Notes under the pieces: model-generated | Told to the model about the DNA's origin: nothing | Database searches by the model: none | What the model saw: the letters and a program-made list of their open reading frames with translations, nothing else | Shown: positions 57,177 to 64,000 of the stretch, piece after piece | Numbering within the stretch: the first letter of the stretch is position 1 | Layout: each line of letters starts with the position of its first letter | DNA from: Gemmatimonadota bacterium | GTDB taxonomy: Bacteria > Latescibacterota > UBA2968 > GCA-2709665 | NCBI GenBank assembly: GCA_028873695.1 | Contig: JAPPNU010000029.1 | Location: 50,383-114,382 of the forward strand | Length of the DNA stretch: 64,000 nucleotides | Direction of reading: 5' to 3' | Position numbers and translations under genes: made by a program

Positions 57177-57680
57177 TTGCCAGACGCTGTTACCCGAGAA
57201 GTTAGAAGTCGAATAATGTCCGGTATCCGTTCTAAGGACACACGCATCGAACTTGAAGTACGCCGGCGGCTTTTTGCTTTGGGTTATCGCTATCGCATGC
57301 ATCGAAAGGATCTCCCAGGAACACCTGACATCGTGTTTCCGAAATTTCGAGCTGCGATATTTGTACATGGATGCTTCTGGCATTATCATGGATGCCACCT
57401 ATCTGTTGTCCCCCAGACACGGCGATCTTGGTGGTTAACGAAACTATCGAGGACCGCAAATCGGGATTTCGATGCTGTTTCCGAACTGCGTAAGCAGAGT
57501 TGGCGTGTACTCGTTATTTGGGAATGTGCATTTCGCAAGCCCCGCATCAACCGATGTGCCGCCCTAGATTCCATCGCGATACGAGCGGCTGATTTTCTCA
57601 ATTCAACTTCGGAGCTCGTTGAGATTCCTTGCCCCTTTGATAAATCACGATTTGACAGCCTATTTTCATTAGGATCATGA
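57177..57680 (+). CDS. vsr: very-short-patch repair endonuclease
   Basis: 'RSRIMSGIRSKDTRIELEVRRRLFALGYRYR...PGTPDIVFPKFRAAIFVHGCFWHYHGC'. Probable TTG start. Confidence 0.9.
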   Translation: MPDAVTREVRSRIMSGIRSKDTRIELEVRRRLFALGYRYRMHRKDLPGTPDIVFPKFRAAIFVHGCFWHYHGCHLSVVPQTRRSWWLTKLSRTANRDFDAVSELRKQSWRVLVIWECAFRKPRINRCAALDSIAIRAADFLNSTSELVEIPCPFDKSRFDSLFSLGS

Positions 57681-58041
57681 AATAGTGTTCGAATTCCAAA
57701 ACTCAGTGCGTCGAGAATTACAGTTACAGTGGATCTTCGTCGGTCTCCGTTGGACCTTCAAAATCAAGAATGGCGAATCTTCTATACTAATGGCGTTCTC
57801 AAAAATGGCGGATCCTTCGTTTCAATATTACCCCAGAGCATCACAATCCATACCAAAAAACAAAGCTGGCTCACCTCACGGGCGCTAAACGCCATTCAAA
57901 TCCTCCAAGCGTAGTTGTAGTTGTAGGCCATCATCAATCCTTACCTCGCTAGCAACTTTCTAGTCTCGGCTGCCTAGATGTCCCTCGCGAGACTTCTACA
58001 CTCAAGGTCCTTAAAGCCAAGGCATTAATCGGAAACGCTCT

Positions 58042-58968
58042 ATGGCCCACCGCAAATCGAACGCTAAGATTGTTTCAGAAAAGAGACGCTTCGTTGAAGC
58101 CCTAAGGCAATTTGCCGCAACGCTTCCAAACATGGTCACGACCCTTGATGGCGAATGGACAGTAAAAGGATTCATCGATGTCTATAAGAATATTTACACC
58201 ATAAGTTCCGACACCAAGATAGTTTCCAAGATTCTGGAAATTCATCTGTTCCCCAAAATCCTGCATCTAGCTGACCGGCTTGAGTATTCCATCGTCTTGG
58301 CCGAACACCAGAACTGGTATCCCGATCTCAGCCTTGTGAATAGGAAGGACGAATCAGTTAAATTCGCGCTTGACCTCAAGACTACCTATCGTGATCCAAT
58401 TCATCCTGGCCACGCGAACGGGTTCACATTAGGAAGCCATGGTAGCTACTTTAGAAATAGAACATCCACAAAAAACGTACAGTTTCCCTACTCGGCTTAC
58501 GCCGGTCACTTTTGCCTGGGGCTAATCTATTCGAGAGCAGACAAGAATAAGATCGACGAGTTTGGTGTTACTCAGGTCGGAGAACTGAAAGGCGACAGTC
58601 ACGATCGTGATTCAACGCTGGATACCGTTGTTGAGGTATCGAATCTCCAATCGATCGCATCAGTCATTAAGGACTTCGAGTTTTTCGTCTGTGAAAAATG
58701 GCAATTGGCCAGTGATCGCCAAGGGTCTGGAAACACCGCAAATATCGGATCCATTACTTATATCGAGGATATAGTCAGAGGACACGGAGTATTCGCAAAG
58801 TTGGGTGAGCACGTGTTTGATGAATATTGGATGAATTACAACGTTACAACGATGTTAAAGGCGGGCAAAGTTACTCCAATTCGAAGAATCGAGGACTTCT
58901 TGGAGTTCAAGGGTGGGAATCCGAGCCTGATCGTGCCAATGAAGACAAAAAGGAAGGGTCGCAAGTAG
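58042..58968 (+). CDS. EcoRV-like type II restriction endonuclease
   Basis: PD-(D/E)XK core 'QNWYPDLSL...FALDLKTTY', 'SSDTKIVSKILEIHLF', 'GSGNTANIGSI' and 'FDEYWMNY' closely parallel my recollection of R.EcoRV ('QNHYPDFTL..IAIDIKTTY', 'GSGNTTNIGSI'). Confidence 0.8.
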   Translation: MAHRKSNAKIVSEKRRFVEALRQFAATLPNMVTTLDGEWTVKGFIDVYKNIYTISSDTKIVSKILEIHLFPKILHLADRLEYSIVLAEHQNWYPDLSLVNRKDESVKFALDLKTTYRDPIHPGHANGFTLGSHGSYFRNRTSTKNVQFPYSAYAGHFCLGLIYSRADKNKIDEFGVTQVGELKGDSHDRDSTLDTVVEVSNLQSIASVIKDFEFFVCEKWQLASDRQGSGNTANIGSITYIEDIVRGHGVFAKLGEHVFDEYWMNYNVTTMLKAGKVTPIRRIEDFLEFKGGNPSLIVPMKTKRKGRK

Positions 58969-59873
58969 TGAACCGTGTCGTCGTTCCCCCACTCAAGAGT
59001 CAGGGAATCAAGACAAAGCTGGTTCCTTGGATCAAGAATCTGGCTCCGACGGTCTCTGGCAGATGGATAGAGCCATTCCTTGGTACAGGCGTAGTCGCAA
59101 TCAATTCGGGTTTCAGTCGGGCACTCCTGAATGACGCCAATCCCCACATTGTACGGTTCTACACCGCTATACAAGCTGGCGAAATAACGCCCGAATCAGT
59201 TCGAAATTACCTCGAATCTGAAGGTAAGGCACTTAGTAACGCAGGTGCCGATGGTTATGATCACTACAATTTTATCAAGGACAGATTTAACCGGGATCAT
59301 GCACCCCTCGACTTTCTTTTCTTGTCTAGAGCTGGATTCAATGGGATGATGAGGTTTAACAAGCGTGGCAATTGGAATATTCCTTTCTGCAAGAAGCCGA
59401 AAAGATTTAGTAAATCGTACATAACGAAGATTGTGAACCAAGTCCGTGATGTTGCAGTCATCATTGCAGATGAATGGCACTTTGTCTGTGGACCCTTTCA
59501 AGACACAATTGAGAATGCAGTCAGCGACGATTTCATTTATTGTGATCCACCTTATTATGGCAGATACGTAGACTATTATAACGGTTGGACTGAGGAGGAT
59601 GAAAAGGAATTGGCAGATCTGCTCGAAAAAACACCAGCGAAGTTCATTTTATCCACTTGGCACCACAACGACTATCGCGAAAACGAGATGATCGAAAAAT
59701 ACTGGTCTAATTTTAATATAGTTACTCGTGACCATTTCTATCACTCAGGCGGAAAGATCGAGAATCGTAAATCAATCGTCGAGGCACTGGTATTTAACTT
59801 CGATACGACGATAAAGCGTCACAATCACGGTGTAGTTGAAAGGCCGCAGCAGCTGTTCATATTGGACAGATAA
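58968..59873 (+). CDS. Dam/EcoRV-type N6-adenine DNA methyltransferase
   Basis: 'PPLKSQGIKTKLVPWI', motif I 'EPFLGTGVV', motif IV 'CDPPYYG', 'STWHHNDYREN'. The GTG start shares one base with the R-gene TAG (TAGTG). Confidence 0.85.
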   Translation: MNRVVVPPLKSQGIKTKLVPWIKNLAPTVSGRWIEPFLGTGVVAINSGFSRALLNDANPHIVRFYTAIQAGEITPESVRNYLESEGKALSNAGADGYDHYNFIKDRFNRDHAPLDFLFLSRAGFNGMMRFNKRGNWNIPFCKKPKRFSKSYITKIVNQVRDVAVIIADEWHFVCGPFQDTIENAVSDDFIYCDPPYYGRYVDYYNGWTEEDEKELADLLEKTPAKFILSTWHHNDYRENEMIEKYWSNFNIVTRDHFYHSGGKIENRKSIVEALVFNFDTTIKRHNHGVVERPQQLFILDR

Positions 59874-60066
59874 GACACTCTGGATTGATACTATCGGCTT
59901 CATTGCCTCTAACAGTTCCATCTGAAGCACCGAAATTGGCCAGAACTTCCAACGGTTTTGTATGCAAATCGTACCACATTGAACGTCAATTCCGCCTTAC
60001 GGGCCTCATTCCGACATAGGAAGTGGCCCATGTTTTTTCTTCGTCCTCCATTCTACGGATCGGTCA

Positions 60067-60213
60067 ATGACCACGAATGTCCATGGCCAGGGCCGCGACG
60101 TTTCGTCCGGCCGCGGTTTGGAAAATGTCCCCGTTTCTAACCGGGAGCACGTGGTGCAGCCTGCTCAATTCTCCACAAACAGTATTTCCAGGATGACCAA
60201 TAAGAAAAAATGA
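60067..60213 (+). other. 48-codon ORF whose first 30 codons are a diverged copy of the 51011 gene fragment; stop overlaps the next ATG (ATGA)
   Basis: 'MTTNVHGQGRDVSSGRGLENVPVSNREHVV' matches 'MTIPVKGHVRDATSGTGLEGVPVSNCEHVV' at 20 of 30 positions. The two share the 12-mer tgtccccgtttc. Confidence 0.4.
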
Positions 60214-63200
60214 ACGGTTACGATTCAAAGGCGAGAAACGCCGGGGACAAACTCATCGTATCCCAAGCCCAAAGCCAGATCCAGACCTTTTTCGATGAAC
60301 TGAAGAATGGCACCCGGAACTATCGGACGATCGCGAGCTTGAGTGGGCAAGTTGCACAGGAATACCGAGGCCGGTGTGTATTGGAGTTGTTGCAGAACGC
60401 CCACGATGCAATGGAAAATGCCGCCCCAGATGACCCGCGACGAGTGACATTCGTACTGACTACTGATCCCAAACCAGTACTTTTGGTTGGGAACAGCGGC
60501 CACCCGTTCAGCACCGACGACTTTTATGGGATGTGCAGGCTCGGTCAAAGCCCGAAGGATCCAAACAGGAGCGTTGGCAACAAGGGCCTCGGATTCCGTA
60601 GTGTGTTAGAGGTGTCCACTTGTCCCGAAATTTGGTCCACGGCTCATCCTGACGAAAACACCGCGTTCGCCTTCCGCTTCGACCCGTCCATTTCTGATCG
60701 GGTCGCGGCGGTAGCGCAGCAGCTTGACCAACATCGGTTCGATTCGAGGTCACCATTCAATCCGGAACTCCCGCTAGTCGATTGGTCCAATGAACATCTG
60801 AAGCAATATCATAATCGCATGGCTGCGACTAGCGTCAAGGGGTCCGATGAAGCCAAACAATACCTATCTCCCTACCTGTTTCCTATTCCAATCGAAGGAG
60901 ATTTTTCCGAAGTAATAGGGCTACTCTGCACAGGACACGTTACTGTCATCCGGCTCCCATTGGACGGTGGTCGTACCGGTACGTCCGAGGTGGCTGTGCA
61001 GTCAGTGAAGGATCAACTCGAAGAATTGGATGCCCGTTCGACTATCTTCTTGTCTCAACTTCGAGAGCTTGAAATCGACATTAATGGCGAAAAGCGTGTC
61101 TTGGAAAGAGTAGTCGACTCCGATGTTCTGATCTCAGACTCTCAGGGTACACGACAGGAGCGTCTACTTGTCGGATGTTCAGGACTGAATCCACAGGACA
61201 ATACAACCAGCCTATTCCATCTATGGAGCCGAAACTTCGGTGGGAATAACGATCTCAAGCAGGAAAAGCGAATACGTGCTTCGGTAAGGCACTTGCCTAA
61301 TAGGTGGCCGGAGGTCCGTCGTGTTTCGGTAGGGATCGCTGTTGAGGAAGCACCTAATCCCGTCGAAGGAGTCTTCGTGATCTTTCTGCCGTCAGAGATG
61401 GCGACCGGTACAGGGACGCATGTAAATGCCCCCTTCTACGGTTCCGTCGACCGTCGCCATATAAACTTCGACGACGCCTATAACCGCCTGCTCCTCGAGT
61501 ACGTGTTGGACCTTTGTATCGACACGGTCACCGGGTTGATTCTTGAGGAGCCTGAAGGCTGGCGAGCAAAGGCCGTGATTGACGTCCTATCTTCTACTGC
61601 GACGGTCGGTGGACAAAACTGGCGATTTCTAGATCGGCTTCTTGAGCGAGCTTTGGAACGAGAAATTACTCTCGATAGACATTCCCTAGTTCTCTGCGAT
61701 GACGGCTGGCGACTTCCTGGTGACGCAAGATTGATGCCTGACATTCCTGACGACGATTTAATCGGCACGGCAAGATGGCGACAACACGCTGCGTTCGCAG
61801 TCGTTGAATCCATTCTCAATGGACGGCGCGCGGGTGTCGAAGCGCTACTCGAAAAGTTAAATTGTGCCCTACGGCCAATGCCGGATGAATGGTGCCGGAC
61901 GATCGAGCAAATTGCGAAAAAAGTACGTGCTTCAAACATTGACCTGACGTGGGACAACTTCTTCAGGAGCATAATCACAGTGCTGCCGAATGACTTGCGA
62001 TCCGGCCCGTCGCCGTGGACTGATGATCCAGATCCACTCTTGGACGCCAGATTCCTTCCGACTCAAGACGGGCGTATACTTAACGCATCCGACCCGATTA
62101 AACTGTTCTTTCAACCTGTCCGCGGAATCGACGATGTCGCAGAGCTCGTCGAGGCAGTTCCCGAGTCTGTAAGCGACCGCGTCGCATTCCTCCACCATGA
62201 CATCCGTACGCGAGAAAAAAATCCGCAAGGCCGCAACACACCAATACAAGAGTTTCTCAATCGTCGGTTCGTACAGACATTCGAGCGGGAGGAACTGCTG
62301 CGTGTGGTACTCGACTCCATGCCTGCACTACCCGCTTACCATGGCACGCCCCAATCTGAACTCTGCGCAGAACTCTTTGTATGGATCACGAAAATCTTGG
62401 GACAAGAGGAGCTGGATTCATCATTGTCCTTAATTCGGCAATTGCCGGTGGCTTGTCACGGTGGCTGGCTTGCGATGAACGATGCCACGTTTGGTCCCGG
62501 TTGGCCAAACCGGCTTGGCGACCTCGTCTGGTCATTGGGCGCAGAATTGCCGCGAGACGCGGCAATGCGGTTATGTCAATCAACCCTCCTCCCTCCGGAC
62601 GATCAGCGATGGCGAGTTCCAGTACGCTGGTTGGGCGATTTGTTCGAGCGTGCCGGGGTATTTGATGGAATTCGATTGCAGCAAGTTCCCGCAGTTCGAT
62701 TTCGTATGAGTAGTTACTCCCACGAACTACCCGATGTTCCGCCTGCAGGAATTCCGCGGACCGCATGGGACGAATGGCGTGACGCCGCGAGAAATGAGGC
62801 AAAGCCCCCATTCATCAGTGAGTTCGAGTACGAATTGTTGGACGTCCAACTTCTGCCTGAAATCCACTACCTGCCAGAGTTGAATCAATCGGGAAAGAAA
62901 ATCCTTTCTGACCTCGTACTTGCTTCGCTCGGGTCTTGGACCGGTTGGGAAACGGTGACGATCAGCAAGACGTCACGCAACTACCGGGAATGGCACGTCA
63001 CATCTCCGCTGGAATGTTGGTTGAAGACGCTTGGCTGGCTAAGTGATGGACCCGAAACAAAGCAACCATTAGGTAGACGTTGGTTAGTGCCGGAGTCTCT
63101 CTTGCGTGGCCAACGTTTTCGTTATTCGTATCTCAATCCACTCTCGTTGGACCTCGCGCACAGATTGAATAACGAGCCGGACTTGAAGACTTCACTCATC

Positions 63201-64000
63201 AGACTTGACCTTAACGTATACCCAACTGAGGATGAACAGACTGGCCCAGAGTTGCTGGACGCTCTGGCGAAAGCTTGGGCTGCTAATAAGGTCAACGCTG
63301 ATCAATTTGACATGTTCCTCGGGCAGGTACGTGACGCGTGGCAGCATCTCGACAGGGAGAAGGGACTGCCCGATATATTCCTCGTAAGGACAGCGAAGCG
63401 GACTTTTGAGACACGCGGGCTTGACAAACTTGCGGACGTCTACCTTCCGGATAGCCGAGACCGAACTCGATCACTTCAGGAATACGGTAAGCACGTTTTG
63501 GAGATGCATACGTCAGACGCTCGCCGTCTTGCCTCAACATTACTTGCCGAGACAAGCATAAGGCGGGCATCATTGCTTAAGGAGCGATTCCTCATTGACG
63601 ACGAACTTTGGACGGACGTAATCGAAGGAATACCGGCGATTGACGAAACCAAGTTTACTTGGCTTCCCGTTACCCTTCTCACGATCGCTGCCCAAGGTGG
63701 TAATAGTCCAATGGGTACAACAACCGCGACGTGGAATGAAGCTGCGGATCGGCTTCGGCGTACCCGTGTCCTGGAGTGCGAGACCATTGATGTACAGTTG
63801 GTCCACGAAGCCCAGCTAGTTGCATCAGACAAACCAGTGGCACATTGGTTAACCGCGGACGTGTTGGCCATACGACGCGACATGGAACTGGAGTACGAAT
63901 CCCTTGCCCCTGCAGCGCAAGCGATGCTGCGCCGACAAGACGTCTCAAAGGACCTGCGTCTCGTACTGGGAGCTCTTGCCAATTGCGAGGAGCCGACACA
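60210..64000 (+). CDS. very large GHKL/sacsin-type (HATPase_c_3-like) ATP-binding protein, N-terminal >1260 aa (3' end outside window)
   Basis: Frame 0 is open from the ATG at 60210 to the window end, and no other plus-strand ORF is listed in that frame. It has an N-box 'LELLQNAHDA', 'VGNSGHPF' and a G2-box 'VGNKGLGFRSV'. Confidence 0.75.
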   Translation, partial: MNGYDSKARNAGDKLIVSQAQSQIQTFFDELKNGTRNYRTIASLSGQVAQEYRGRCVLELLQNAHDAMENAAPDDPRRVTFVLTTDPKPVLLVGNSGHPFSTDDFYGMCRLGQSPKDPNRSVGNKGLGFRSVLEVSTCPEIWSTAHPDENTAFAFRFDPSISDRVAAVAQQLDQHRFDSRSPFNPELPLVDWSNEHLKQYHNRMAATSVKGSDEAKQYLSPYLFPIPIEGDFSEVIGLLCTGHVTVIRLPLDGGRTGTSEVAVQSVKDQLEELDARSTIFLSQLRELEIDINGEKRVLERVVDSDVLISDSQGTRQERLLVGCSGLNPQDNTTSLFHLWSRNFGGNNDLKQEKRIRASVRHLPNRWPEVRRVSVGIAVEEAPNPVEGVFVIFLPSEMATGTGTHVNAPFYGSVDRRHINFDDAYNRLLLEYVLDLCIDTVTGLILEEPEGWRAKAVIDVLSSTATVGGQNWRFLDRLLERALEREITLDRHSLVLCDDGWRLPGDARLMPDIPDDDLIGTARWRQHAAFAVVESILNGRRAGVEALLEKLNCALRPMPDEWCRTIEQIAKKVRASNIDLTWDNFFRSIITVLPNDLRSGPSPWTDDPDPLLDARFLPTQDGRILNASDPIKLFFQPVRGIDDVAELVEAVPESVSDRVAFLHHDIRTREKNPQGRNTPIQEFLNRRFVQTFEREELLRVVLDSMPALPAYHGTPQSELCAELFVWITKILGQEELDSSLSLIRQLPVACHGGWLAMNDATFGPGWPNRLGDLVWSLGAELPRDAAMRLCQSTLLPPDDQRWRVPVRWLGDLFERAGVFDGIRLQQVPAVRFRMSSYSHELPDVPPAGIPRTAWDEWRDAARNEAKPPFISEFEYELLDVQLLPEIHYLPELNQSGKKILSDLVLASLGSWTGWETVTISKTSRNYREWHVTSPLECWLKTLGWLSDGPETKQPLGRRWLVPESLLRGQRFRYSYLNPLSLDLAHRLNNEPDLKTSLIRLDLNVYPTEDEQTGPELLDALAKAWAANKVNADQFDMFLGQVRDAWQHLDREKGLPDIFLVRTAKRTFETRGLDKLADVYLPDSRDRTRSLQEYGKHVLEMHTSDARRLASTLLAETSIRRASLLKERFLIDDELWTDVIEGIPAIDETKFTWLPVTLLTIAAQGGNSPMGTTTATWNEAADRLRRTRVLECETIDVQLVHEAQLVASDKPVAHWLTADVLAIRRDMELEYESLAPAAQAMLRRQDVSKDLRLVLGALANCEEPT

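Larger units (their letters stand above)
51155..64000. mobile_element. AT-richer defence island(s); right end lies outside the window
   Basis: Composition shifts after 51154. The content is two R-M-type modules plus a giant ATPase. No integrase or transposase is visible in the window. Confidence 0.5.

Noticed and set aside
57681-58041. Controller (C) protein gene or other small gene between vsr and the EcoRV-like endonuclease.
   Set aside because: Only ORFs of 61-67 aa with no HTH pattern are present (57685..57888 and 57729..57914). It is probably a promoter-containing spacer.

Overview
This 64-kb window comes from a GC-rich bacterial chromosome and has two compositionally distinct parts. 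(1) nt 1-47150 is GC-rich and almost entirely plus-strand. It is a paralog-rich catabolic/uptake locus. It encodes a TonB-dependent-receptor-like barrel, a secreted cargo protein with a C-terminal sorting-type domain, and a PorV/PorQ-like barrel. It also encodes a GntR/FadR regulator and many hydrolase or oxidoreductase genes: metallophosphoesterase, amidohydrolase, TIM-barrel isomerase, BNR sialidase-like, Ldh_2, two PhyH dioxygenases, two C45 Ntn-hydrolases, three beta-propeller GH-like paralogs, CocE/NonD, SGNH, and a duplicated ~670-aa family. Toxin-antitoxin modules are interspersed: HicB, AbiEi/AbiEii, MNT, DinJ-YafQ and VapBC. One paralog carries an in-frame TAA, one carries a frameshift, and a GNAT gene carries an in-frame MITE-like insertion. 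Several intergenic spacers hold a dispersed low-complexity repeat family. (2) nt ~47150-64000 is visibly AT-richer, island-like DNA, interrupted by a short host-like segment (GYD gene, ~50.3-51.15 kb). It holds a Schlafen/AlbA_2-type gene flanked by 50-bp direct repeats. It also holds a five-gene co-directional operon, dcm - HD-domain protein - P-loop ATPase - tandem Rossmann-like protein - vsr. This is followed by an EcoRV-like R-M pair and the start of a very large GHKL/sacsin-type ATPase gene that runs off the window. The HD/ATPase/Rossmann trio between the m5C methyltransferase and Vsr sits where a restriction endonuclease would normally lie. It matches no named defence system that I can recognise, so it is my best candidate for an undescribed system. 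I saw no rRNA, tRNA or CRISPR array. Lineage cannot be fixed from this sequence. The OM/T9SS-type genes only suggest an FCB-group-like or related diderm.
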